A stretch of 64,000 nt of DNA from an uncultured Gammaproteobacteria bacterium (GTDB lineage: Bacteria > Patescibacteriota > Patescibacteriia > S139-126): positions 90,890 through 154,889 of the forward strand of contig CAZUKA010000001.1 in the NCBI GenBank assembly GCA_964620905.1. Reading direction: 5' to 3'. Each line of letters starts with the position of its first letter. Position 1 is the stretch's first letter. A program made the position numbers and the translations under genes. Below the pieces are notes generated by a model. The model was not told the DNA's origin, ran no database searches, and was given only the letters and a program-made list of their open reading frames with translations. Shown piece by piece: positions 18,330 to 27,419 of the stretch.

Positions 18330-19176
18330 AACCGCCTTAGCTTTAAGTGGCGGTTTTATCCGCGTGGCAGCTAGTATCGGCGTTTTGCATGAGTTTAACC
18401 TACATAAAATAAATCTAGCCGCCTTGTCCGGATCTTCTTCTGGGGCTTTGGTGGCGGCGGCTTATGGTGCTGGAAAGTTAAAGGAACTAACGGAAATTAT
18501 TTTAGCTTTAAAAAATTTTAAAGATATTTTTATTATCCACCCGGATAAAGAAGCAATTTTTTCCAATGACAAACTAAAATCTTTACTCCTTGAGTTGTTT
18601 GCTGATTTGACCTTTGCTGATTTGGAACATAAAATTTTTATTCAAGCTAGTGATTTGTCAGCTAAAAAAGAAATTTATTTGCACTCAGGTTTGATTAGAG
18701 AAGCAGTTGAAGCAGCACTAGTTATTCCCGGTGTGTTTATGCCTTTAAAACAAAATAATATGGTTTTGATTGATGGCGCGGCTTATGAGCTATTACCAGT
18801 CAGTATTTTAAGACAGAATGGTTATCAGCCAATTTTTGGGGTATTTACCAATCTCAAACCGAGTCTAGCTACTAGGCTACTGGCTGGTTTAAGAAAAAGA
18901 TCAAGCAATTTTGACAAATTGATAAAGCAAAACGTCAAACTATCAGGAAATATGTTTTCTTATATCATAAACGCTCTTGATCAATCCACTTGGCAGTTGA
19001 CTCAGCGATTGGCTATTAGCCACCAAGTAGCTGATTTAGTCATCAGACCAGATTTATATAAAATTGGCCGTTTTGATTTTGATAAAATACCGTCAATGAT
19101 TGCAGCCGGTCGTCGGGCAGCCAGAGCAGCTTTGCCGTTTATTCAAAAGAAAATAAAAGCAAGTGATCCCAGTTGA
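18304..19176 (+). CDS. Patatin-like phospholipase
   Basis: ALALSGG, GSSSG nucleophile elbow, IPGVF, LIDG. Confidence 0.85.
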   Translation: MSANTQSTKTALALSGGFIRVAASIGVLHEFNLHKINLAALSGSSSGALVAAAYGAGKLKELTEIILALKNFKDIFIIHPDKEAIFSNDKLKSLLLELFADLTFADLEHKIFIQASDLSAKKEIYLHSGLIREAVEAALVIPGVFMPLKQNNMVLIDGAAYELLPVSILRQNGYQPIFGVFTNLKPSLATRLLAGLRKRSSNFDKLIKQNVKLSGNMFSYIINALDQSTWQLTQRLAISHQVADLVIRPDLYKIGRFDFDKIPSMIAAGRRAARAALPFIQKKIKASDPS

Positions 19177-19263
19177 CCAAAATATTAATTTTTATTACAC
19201 TATCCAAAGTAAAGGAAATTGAATATCCTTTATTCTTTATTCTAGATTTCAATTCTAATTTAT

Positions 19264-19337
19264 TGGGGGATCGTCTAATGGTAGGACAGCGGCCTTTGGA
19301 GCCGTCAATCGTGGTTCGAGTCCACGTCCCCCAGCCA
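19264..19337 (+). tRNA. tRNA-Gln(UUG)
   Basis: TGGGGGATCGTCTAATGGTAGGACAGCGGCCTTTGGAGCCGTCAATCGTGGTTCGAGTCCACGTCCCCCAGCCA. Confidence 0.95.
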
Positions 19338-19341
19338 CTTC

Positions 19342-19370
19342 AAAATGCCAATGTTTATTGGTGTTTTTTT
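19342..19370 (+). terminator. Intrinsic terminator after tRNA-Gln
   Basis: AAAATGCCAAT-GTTT-ATTGGTGTTTT plus T run. Confidence 0.6.
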
Positions 19371-19444
19371 ATATACCCCTCGTGGACATTAGAACTTTAT
19401 TAATATTTTTTAATAGTGTATTATTAGATATATAAAATATATTT

Positions 19445-20227
19445 ATGAATAATATTGTATCATTATATAACGAAGTGATTAATTATGTACTTGCAGAGGG
19501 CAAGGTTATTGCGGGGAAATGTGGTGTTATACCTGATATAGGTGTGACTAAAAAATATGTAACAGAAGAAGATATCCGTATTGAACGTGAATTAAAAAGT
19601 ATTATTCAAAGTTTTGATTCAAGTCACGAGATTTATGCAGAAGAAGAAAATAATGATTGGAAAGAAAGTAAAAATGTTTGGGTGATTGATCCAATATCAG
19701 GTACGCGTACATTCGTTAAAGGAATTCCTCACTATGGAATGGTTGTCTCGCATGTATTAAATGGGAAACCTCAGTTTGCAGTCGTGTATGATCCATCAAT
19801 TGATGAGTTGTTTAAAGTAACTCGGGGTGGGGGTGCATTTTTGAATGACAAACAGATTCATATGAATAATGATGATAATGAATTTAAATCGATACGATTG
19901 ATACTCAACATGACTCATAAACAATTAGGAAATAATCTTTCAAAAGAAATGATTATGAAATTAAGTGGATCTAATTTGTTTAGGAATTCAAATTCATTTG
20001 CAGTAAATTATTGTTGGGTTGCATGTGGGAGATATGATGGCGTTATAGCTTTAACAAAGGATAGTTTTCCAGAAGTTGCGGGGAGTCTTTTTATTCAAGA
20101 AGCTGGGGGTATATTTACAAATATTAATGGTAATAAAGAGATTGGTCCGGATGATAATTTTTTTGTTGGTGGTAATCAACAGAGTTATGCTCAATTGTTT
20201 GAATTAGTAAAAGATTTAAATAAGTAA
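19445..20227 (+). CDS. Inositol monophosphatase family protein (atypical active-site motifs)
   Basis: AEE, WVIDPISGT, VACGRYDG, EAGG. Confidence 0.85.
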   Translation: MNNIVSLYNEVINYVLAEGKVIAGKCGVIPDIGVTKKYVTEEDIRIERELKSIIQSFDSSHEIYAEEENNDWKESKNVWVIDPISGTRTFVKGIPHYGMVVSHVLNGKPQFAVVYDPSIDELFKVTRGGGAFLNDKQIHMNNDDNEFKSIRLILNMTHKQLGNNLSKEMIMKLSGSNLFRNSNSFAVNYCWVACGRYDGVIALTKDSFPEVAGSLFIQEAGGIFTNINGNKEIGPDDNFFVGGNQQSYAQLFELVKDLNK

Positions 20228-20265
20228 AATTATAAATTCGTCCACAAGCTTCATCCACGATAAAT

Positions 20266-21069
20266 ATGAAAAATTTAAGTCCCATTACTAACTTTCTAAT
20301 TGAGCTTTCAAAAGAAGCATCTGTAATTTTATTAAAGCATTTTTCACCCCTTGGAGTTTTAACAGAAATGAAGGAAGAAATGTCACCTGTGACTAAGGCA
20401 GATATTGAAGTAAACGAGATGGTAATAAAGAAAGTGTGTGATAATTATCCTGAATACGGGGTATTGGCAGAAGAGATATCAACCGATATAACAAAATCAA
20501 ATAAGCTATTTGTTGTTGACCCGCTTGATGGTACACATATGTTTGCGATTGGTGCGACTATGTTTGGTTTTTCGGCTGCTGTTGTCGAAGATGGTGTTAG
20601 CATTGCAGGAGTATTGATGAACCCTCTTGCTAAGAGAACACTTGTTGCTGAAAAAGGTAAGGGGGCATATTTAGTTGAAACACAAACCAAGATTCACGTG
20701 AGTGATAAAGACACTCTGGATCAAGCACTTATAAATGCAGGATGGAAAGATGATCGGGTAACATCTCTTTTACATGCTCTAGGTGCGCGAACGCCCGAGG
20801 TATATTCTATTTGCGAGTCGGCATCTTTAGTAGCACTTTCAGCTTTTGATGGGGATATATTTACTGGACATTATCCCCACGATGTTGCAGCTTTGAAGAT
20901 TGTGGTTGAGGAAGCGGGCGGTAAGGTAACTGATATAAATGGAATGGAACAAAGATATGATAGGGAAATTAGGGGTGCAATTGTTTCTAATGAGAAACTT
21001 CATACCCGGCTTTTAGAGATTGCAAAAAAATCTGGTATTGCGGATGATTTACCAAGTAATAATAAATAG
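20266..21069 (+). CDS. Inositol monophosphatase family protein
   Basis: SPVTKAD, AEE, VVDPLDGT, HDVAA, EEAGG. Confidence 0.9.
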   Translation: MKNLSPITNFLIELSKEASVILLKHFSPLGVLTEMKEEMSPVTKADIEVNEMVIKKVCDNYPEYGVLAEEISTDITKSNKLFVVDPLDGTHMFAIGATMFGFSAAVVEDGVSIAGVLMNPLAKRTLVAEKGKGAYLVETQTKIHVSDKDTLDQALINAGWKDDRVTSLLHALGARTPEVYSICESASLVALSAFDGDIFTGHYPHDVAALKIVVEEAGGKVTDINGMEQRYDREIRGAIVSNEKLHTRLLEIAKKSGIADDLPSNNK

Positions 21070-21133
21070 TCTATCTACTTGCTTAGTTCGATTCTAACTT
21101 CGTCTACAAGCTTCAGCCACGACTTTTACTTAT

Positions 21134-21158
21134 GCCATTCCTCTAGGAGTGGTTTTTT
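21134..21158 (+). terminator. Probable intrinsic terminator
   Basis: GCCATTCC-TCTA-GGAGTGGT plus T run. Confidence 0.55.
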
Positions 21159-21183
21159 GATAAAATTAAATAGAAATATAAAT

Positions 21184-22470
21184 ATGAATAAATTGACAAA
21201 AGAGATTAAAGAATTTAGATGGGAGAATCGTGTGTATAGGACCGGATTTTTACAGTCGAAAGATATTTGTAATGAAGCTGAAATTATACCTATAAAACTA
21301 ACTAAAAATTATTTTGTGAAATATCAAAATATTTTTTGGATACAAGACTACAATTTATATGATGAGAATGCAACCAAAAGTTTTGTAAAAGTATTTAATA
21401 AAGCATTCAAAGAAAATAAAAGTTGGCCTTTAAGTCTTTTTTATGAATTAGAGAGAACTGGAAAGAAAGTAAATAATTTTATTACTAAACTAAAAAAGAA
21501 TAAAAACAAGACAAGTCTAATATTGTTTAGAGAATATGTAGAATTATTACACGCTGTACAAAAGTATTATGTTATTGCTGTACCACTTGTTAGTTATTGT
21601 GAAAAAGCTTTAAAAATATATCCAAAAGTATTAGAAAATTATTCCAAACCTTATAAAGAACTCGAAGTTAGTAAATTTAATTACTCAAAAAATACAAAAT
21701 TAAAATTTGCTTGGTTAAAAACTGCTTACAATATTATTGATGAAGTCTCAGATAAAGATGTATTACAAATGAATACAAAAAAAGATTATAAAGAGAAAAT
21801 TTTATTAATTCCAAAAAGAATTAAATATTTAGTAGTCGCGCTACAAGTAGGTATATACTTACGTAATCGAATAAAAGAATTGTCTCAAAAATTATGGTAT
21901 TATATCGAACCCGTAGCAAAGCAACTCGCAAAGGAAATGAAAATTTCTCGTGACGATTTTTTTCTTTTAACTCACCAAGAAGTTGAACAATGTTTAAAAG
22001 GAAATGGTTATATCAATTCGCCTGAATTTGCTAGACGAAGGAAGTCTTTTGTTGTGGGTTTTTGGAAGGGTAAAAAGCAGCTTATATCAGGTACCGAGGC
22101 AAGTTCGTTAGTAAATGTATTTAGAAATAAATCAAAATCTGGAGATTATGTGAAGGGAACGGTGGCATATAAAGGCAAAGTAAAAGGAATAGTAAAAATT
22201 ATTTTAGATAAAAAAGATTTTAAAAAAATTAAAAAAGGGAACATTCTTGTTACATCAATGACCACTCCAAATTTTATTGTATTGATGAAAAAAGTGGCAG
22301 CAATTGTCACTGATGAAGGTGGTTTGTCATGTCACGCGGCGATCGTGAGTCGAGAATTGAAAATACCTTGTATTATTGGCACCAAAGATGCAACTAAAAT
22401 TTTATCAAACAGGGATTATGTTGAAGTGGATGCAATCGATGGTATAGTAAGGGTTTTAAAGCGAGGGTAG
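21184..22470 (+). CDS. Protein with C-terminal PEP-utilising enzyme mobile (phospho-His swivel) domain
   Basis: Start reassigned to ATG 21184; ILVTSMTTP, AIVTDEGGLSCHAAIVSRELKIPCIIG; no ATP-grasp domain seen. Confidence 0.8.
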   Translation: MNKLTKEIKEFRWENRVYRTGFLQSKDICNEAEIIPIKLTKNYFVKYQNIFWIQDYNLYDENATKSFVKVFNKAFKENKSWPLSLFYELERTGKKVNNFITKLKKNKNKTSLILFREYVELLHAVQKYYVIAVPLVSYCEKALKIYPKVLENYSKPYKELEVSKFNYSKNTKLKFAWLKTAYNIIDEVSDKDVLQMNTKKDYKEKILLIPKRIKYLVVALQVGIYLRNRIKELSQKLWYYIEPVAKQLAKEMKISRDDFFLLTHQEVEQCLKGNGYINSPEFARRRKSFVVGFWKGKKQLISGTEASSLVNVFRNKSKSGDYVKGTVAYKGKVKGIVKIILDKKDFKKIKKGNILVTSMTTPNFIVLMKKVAAIVTDEGGLSCHAAIVSRELKIPCIIGTKDATKILSNRDYVEVDAIDGIVRVLKRG

Positions 22471-22588
22471 ATCTAACTGTGTCAATTAAATGCGGTTACA
22501 TTTTTTACTTCATATTTATTGATGTTTTTTGTATTAATTTAATACTTTTAAAACTTTGTTAATTGTCTCATGTGGTGTAATATAATTT

Positions 22589-23230
22589 ATGAATATAGAT
22601 AAACTCGCTAAAATTATTTGGGAATATCATAAGATGCATCAAAAGTTAAAAAAGGTTGATTGTATTTTTGTACTTGGTAGTAATGACGTAAGGGTAGCGG
22701 AATATTCCGCTGATATATTTTTAAAAGGATATGCGTCAAATATAATATTCTCAGGAAATGTAGGAATATTGAGTAAAGATATTTTTGATAAACCAGAAGC
22801 AGAAATTTTTGCTGATATAGCTATTAAACACGGTGTCCCAGAACAGAAAATTATTATTGAAAATAAATCAACGAATACTGGTGAAAATATAATATTTACG
22901 AAAAAAATAATTAGTGAACTGGGTTTTAATTTTGATTCATTTATATTAGTTCAAAAACCGTACATGGAACGACGTGCTTATGCAACATTTAAAAAAATAT
23001 GGCCTGAAAAAGATTGTATAGTTACTTCTCCACCTATTAATTATAAAGATTATCCAAATCAATATATTTCAAAGGAAATGTTAATTAATATTATGGTTGG
23101 TGATTTACAAAGAATAAAAATATATGCATCCAAAGGGTTTCAAATATCTCAGGATATACCAAAGGAAGTTTGGCAAGCCTATGAAAAGCTTGTTCATTTA
23201 GGATATACCAATCATTTAATTAGCAACTAA
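22589..23230 (+). CDS. YdcF/ElyC-like (DUF218) protein
   Basis: IFVLGSND, FSG, EAEIFA, IENKSTNTGEN, VQKPYMERRA. Confidence 0.85.
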   Translation: MNIDKLAKIIWEYHKMHQKLKKVDCIFVLGSNDVRVAEYSADIFLKGYASNIIFSGNVGILSKDIFDKPEAEIFADIAIKHGVPEQKIIIENKSTNTGENIIFTKKIISELGFNFDSFILVQKPYMERRAYATFKKIWPEKDCIVTSPPINYKDYPNQYISKEMLINIMVGDLQRIKIYASKGFQISQDIPKEVWQAYEKLVHLGYTNHLISN

Positions 23231-23263
23231 TTTTAAGATATTTTATTTTAATAATATTTATTT

Positions 23264-24040
23264 ATGTATAACCACAAAAATTTTGCAATCAATTTAGCCC
23301 GCGAAGCTGGAAAAATTATTAAAACCAATTTTACACTGGGGATGAAAAAAGAATGGAAAGATGATAATACCCCGCTCACGGCAACTGATTTAAAGATAAA
23401 TCAAATGGTAATTGATGCTGTAAAAAAAGAATATCCTAGTTTTGGTATTATTGCCGAGGAGGGTAGTGATTATTCTAATCAAGAATATACTTGGGTTTGT
23501 GATCCGGTTGATGGAACCATTGCTTTTTCTCACGGTGTACCGACATGTATGTTTTTATTGGCTCTGGTTAAAGAAGGTAAAAGTATATTGGGCGTTGCTT
23601 ATGATCCGTTTATGGATAATATGTATTTTGCTGAAAAGGGTAAAGGTGCTTTTTGCAATGATAAAAGTATTAGAACATCGGGACATACAAAACTTGATTC
23701 AAAAGCAGTAATAGATACATTACTTTGGAAAGAAGCTAAATATCAGTTCCCAAGATTAGTTGATAATTTAAGAGAAAAAGGGGTATTAGATTTTAGTTTG
23801 CCCTCGATAGGTTATGTTGATATGTTGGTTGCTTGTGGTGAGTTTACTGCAAGTATTTTTCCAGGACATTATGCATGGGATGTAGCTGTAACAAAAATAA
23901 TAATCGAAGAAGCCGGGGGAAAAGTAACTGATCTTTATGGCGAAGAATTTGATTTTAGGAATGAAGTAAAAGGACATATTGCATCTAATGGATTGGTACA
24001 TGCTGAATTATTAGAACTAGTACAGACGTATTTAGAATAA
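23264..24040 (+). CDS. Inositol monophosphatase family protein
   Basis: TPLTATD, AEE, WVCDPVDGT, WDVA, EEAGG. Confidence 0.9.
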   Translation: MYNHKNFAINLAREAGKIIKTNFTLGMKKEWKDDNTPLTATDLKINQMVIDAVKKEYPSFGIIAEEGSDYSNQEYTWVCDPVDGTIAFSHGVPTCMFLLALVKEGKSILGVAYDPFMDNMYFAEKGKGAFCNDKSIRTSGHTKLDSKAVIDTLLWKEAKYQFPRLVDNLREKGVLDFSLPSIGYVDMLVACGEFTASIFPGHYAWDVAVTKIIIEEAGGKVTDLYGEEFDFRNEVKGHIASNGLVHAELLELVQTYLE

Positions 24041-24071
24041 ATTTGAATTTTTTTAAATATTAAATTTTTAT

Positions 24072-25052
24072 ATGAAAATAATGATTAAAGATTTAGAAAA
24101 TTGTTGTGTTAAGATTTTAATGAAAAAAGGGCTTTCTAAAAAAGAGGCTCTTCTTGTTTATAACGATTTTTTAGACTCTGAGCTAGAAGGAAAACCAGAT
24201 CACGGATTCCAGTCTTTTTTGGAATTTGGGATTAAATTAGTACAACCACAAGAAAGACCTAAAATTATTAAACAAAGTAATTCTTTTTTATTTATTGATG
24301 GTAAAAACAACTACGGACAAATTGTTTGTGATAAATATATACCCATTCTAATTAAAAAAGCTAGGAGAAGCGGCGTAGCTATTATGGGTATAAAAAATAT
24401 GCATTCATATCGTTCTCCTGGCAAATTCGCACAAATAATAGCTAAAAAAAATTTAATTGGAATAATAATGAATTATGGTGGTTGGCCAAGAATAGCACCT
24501 TATGGATCTATTGATCCTATTTTTGGAACCAATCCAATCGCTATAGGTATTCCTTCTAAAAATTTTCCTGTGGTACTTGATATGGCAACTTCAAAAGTAG
24601 CCCTAATGAAGATAAGAATGGCTATGAAATTAAGAAAAAAAATTCCTTATGGTTGGGCAATTGATAAAAACGGAGAACCAACCAATGATCCAAATAAAGT
24701 TTTTGAAGGAGCAGTTTTACCGTTTGGAGAACATAAAGGATCAGGATTAGCTTTGATGGTAGAGTTATTAACCAAAACAATTTATAGTATAAATATCAAT
24801 GATAGAAATAAAGCAAACAGAGGATTTTTATTTATATGTATAGACCCTTCAATTTTTCAAAATATAAATAAATATAAAATTGAAGTAGAAAGAGTAATTA
24901 GAAAAATTAAAAAGTCGAGAAAAGCAAAAGGAAAAAGTGAAATTTTTATTCCTGGTGAATATTCTTATAAAAAATTTTTAAAAAATAAAAAAAGAAAATA
25001 TATTGAGATTGATAAAAAAACACTTTTTGAAATTAGATCTAATTCGCTTTGA
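24072..25052 (+). CDS. Ldh_2 family oxidoreductase (malate/L-lactate/sulfolactate dehydrogenase-like)
   Basis: G..DHG, GTNPIAIG, VVLDMATS, GEPTNDP, PFGEHKGSGL, IPGE. Confidence 0.88.
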   Translation: MKIMIKDLENCCVKILMKKGLSKKEALLVYNDFLDSELEGKPDHGFQSFLEFGIKLVQPQERPKIIKQSNSFLFIDGKNNYGQIVCDKYIPILIKKARRSGVAIMGIKNMHSYRSPGKFAQIIAKKNLIGIIMNYGGWPRIAPYGSIDPIFGTNPIAIGIPSKNFPVVLDMATSKVALMKIRMAMKLRKKIPYGWAIDKNGEPTNDPNKVFEGAVLPFGEHKGSGLALMVELLTKTIYSININDRNKANRGFLFICIDPSIFQNINKYKIEVERVIRKIKKSRKAKGKSEIFIPGEYSYKKFLKNKKRKYIEIDKKTLFEIRSNSL

Positions 25053-25078
25053 TGTAAAGTTTATTTAATTTGATTTTT

Positions 25079-25717
25079 ATGGAATATATTTTAGGAGTTC
25101 ATATACCAATACCACCCAAGCTGGCAAAATTAATTGTCTCGGTTAAAAGTAAAAATTATATTAATTATCCGGGAAATTATAAATATCAACCACATATAAC
25201 AATATATCTTTGTAGATTTACAAAAGAAAAATTTAGAAAATTATTGAGAAATCTAAAAACAAATAATATTAAATCATTTGTATTGAAAATAGGTAAACTT
25301 AAACAACAAAGTGATGGCAAAATATTATTTATATATTTGTCGCTAGTTAAAAACGAATATCTAATTTCATTCCATAAATATATTTTAAAAATGGCCAACC
25401 CATTACGTGGTATGTTAATAAGATCAAAAGATAAAATTAAGATAAAGTCAGGAGACTATACAAATATTCAAAAAAGATATTTGCTAAAATATGGGTACCA
25501 TCGAGTTTTAAAATTTTTTATTCCTCATATTACCTTAGGTGAATTAGCTGCAAATGATATTAAAAAATTGAAACATTTAAAAAGTGATTTAAATAAATTA
25601 AAAGGAATTGAGTTTAGAATAAATTATTATATCGTCGGTTTGTATAAATATGACATCAAAAAGAAAGATTATTGTGGTACTGTAATAGAAGAGAAAATTG
25701 ATTTGATATTTAATTGA
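25079..25717 (+). CDS. 2H phosphoesterase (2'-5' RNA ligase superfamily)
   Basis: Two HxT motifs, PHITIY and PHITLG; ATG 25079. Confidence 0.75.
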   Translation: MEYILGVHIPIPPKLAKLIVSVKSKNYINYPGNYKYQPHITIYLCRFTKEKFRKLLRNLKTNNIKSFVLKIGKLKQQSDGKILFIYLSLVKNEYLISFHKYILKMANPLRGMLIRSKDKIKIKSGDYTNIQKRYLLKYGYHRVLKFFIPHITLGELAANDIKKLKHLKSDLNKLKGIEFRINYYIVGLYKYDIKKKDYCGTVIEEKIDLIFN

Positions 25718-25747
25718 TTTAAACTTTTTCAAACGAGTAATGACATA

Positions 25748-25774
25748 AAAAAATCGCCAAACAAGCGATTTTTT
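25748..25774. terminator. Probable bidirectional terminator at the end of the accessory block
   Basis: AAAAAATCGC-N7-GCGATTTTTT. Confidence 0.5.
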
Positions 25775-25808
25775 GCTATAATTAAACAATATTATTAAAC
25801 ACAAACAG

Positions 25809-27410
25809 ATGGAAGAACAAAATTTTATGAGTCAAATTCCCATGGAAAACCAGGAAGTCCAAGTAAAGCCAAAGAGCCACTGGCCAAAAAGGATTTTAGT
25901 TATTCTAGTATCCTTATTGGTTTTAGGTGGGGTAGCTTATGGCGGTTGGTATGGGTACGAAAATTATTGGCCAGGAAGTCCAGAAAAGGTTTTTTGGCAA
26001 GCTTTGCAAAACTTTCAAGTGAAAGACCAAATGTCAATTGCTGGTGAAGTTAATGTTATTCTTACCAAGCTTAAAACCACTACCAATTCTGGCGCGGCAG
26101 GAGTAATGGTTGATATGTTGACTGGGGAAGATCAAAATAAGTTTAAATTTGTCTATCAAACAAAATATGACAATTCCCAAGTAGACAATTTTTTATCTGA
26201 ATCAAGCTTTGACATCCAAGCTGATAATTTATCTTTGTCAGTATCAGCACGGACAATGGAAAAATTTTTGTATTTTAAAGTTTTACAGGCTGATTTGTTT
26301 TTATCCGAACTGGGTATGATGCTACCTGATCAGTGGGTTCAGGTTGATCTAAAAAAAGAGGCACAAGAATTTTTATCCGGACAAGGAATACTGTCAAATG
26401 ACAAAGAAGAATCACCACTGGAAAATATTTTCCAGGCGGCTTATGAAGCTAAACCGTTTATTTTGCAGACAGTTGATCGATCGGACAATACCTTAGGCAA
26501 GTCAGCTTTTGTATATACTTTACAGTGGCAACGGGAAGGATTTGATTTGATGTTGCTAAAATTTGCTGCTTTAGAAACCAATTCCGATAGGCGAGAATAT
26601 TTATTGGATCGTTTAGAACCTTTGGATGACAAAGAGTGGGAAATTTTGCAAAAAGTAAAAGTAAAAATTTGGGTAACTAAAGACGATAAATTGTTGCGCC
26701 AACTGGAGATAAAATACAATAGTGATGAAAAAAGTCTGGGTGCCAATATTGATCTGACCTTTTTAACCAATATTCAGCCTTTGACTGAACCATTGCAAGT
26801 AGAAAAACCCGTTGATTTTTTGACTTGGGATCAACTTTTGGAGCAACTAATGGGTCCCAGTTTAAGCAAATCCCGTGATGCTAAACGTATAGCAGATATC
26901 AAACAAATTCAGACAGCACTTGAACTCTATTTTGCTGATAATAACACCTATCCAGTGGGTTTAAATTTGGCTTTACATAACGGCTTAATGTTTTGTGGTG
27001 ATAAAAGTATTGCACCCCGCGGTTTTATAGCGGTTGACTCTGGATGCATTTCTGATGCACCTTTTTCACAGCGGCCAGTTTATATGAATATAGTACCGCA
27101 AGATCCTGATTTTAGTGCAAGACAATATATTTATACTTCTATCAAATCAGATCAGTATGGTATAAAGTGGCAAATAGACTCTACTGTGGGTGGTTTGCCG
27201 GCCGGGGTGTTGTATGCGACACCAGAAGGTATTGTGCCAGCAAAATCAGAAATTATTGATAGTGACAATGATAGACTGAGTGATGATGATGAAAAGTATC
27301 TTTATCTAACCAATCCGAACAGTCAGGATTCTGATGGTGATGGTTATTTGGATGGTGAAGAATTAAACAATGGTTATAATCCATTGGGAGCAGGTAAGTT
27401 GAGTTTATAG
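25809..27410 (+). CDS. Membrane-anchored surface protein with an internal pilin-like segment and C-terminal Ca-binding (TSP3-like) repeats
   Basis: TM near the N-terminus; KSRDAKRIADIKQIQTALELYFADNNTYP; DSDNDRLSD...DSDGDGYLDGEE..GYNPLG. Confidence 0.65.
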   Translation: MEEQNFMSQIPMENQEVQVKPKSHWPKRILVILVSLLVLGGVAYGGWYGYENYWPGSPEKVFWQALQNFQVKDQMSIAGEVNVILTKLKTTTNSGAAGVMVDMLTGEDQNKFKFVYQTKYDNSQVDNFLSESSFDIQADNLSLSVSARTMEKFLYFKVLQADLFLSELGMMLPDQWVQVDLKKEAQEFLSGQGILSNDKEESPLENIFQAAYEAKPFILQTVDRSDNTLGKSAFVYTLQWQREGFDLMLLKFAALETNSDRREYLLDRLEPLDDKEWEILQKVKVKIWVTKDDKLLRQLEIKYNSDEKSLGANIDLTFLTNIQPLTEPLQVEKPVDFLTWDQLLEQLMGPSLSKSRDAKRIADIKQIQTALELYFADNNTYPVGLNLALHNGLMFCGDKSIAPRGFIAVDSGCISDAPFSQRPVYMNIVPQDPDFSARQYIYTSIKSDQYGIKWQIDSTVGGLPAGVLYATPEGIVPAKSEIIDSDNDRLSDDDEKYLYLTNPNSQDSDGDGYLDGEELNNGYNPLGAGKLSL

Positions 27411-27419
27411 TAAAGTTTT

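Noticed and set aside
19173-19403. 76-aa ORF
   Set aside because: Overlaps tRNA-Gln and its terminator.
19338-25774. Prophage or intact integrative element
   Set aside because: No integrase, transposase or phage genes, and no clear direct repeat of the tRNA-Gln 3' end at the right boundary.
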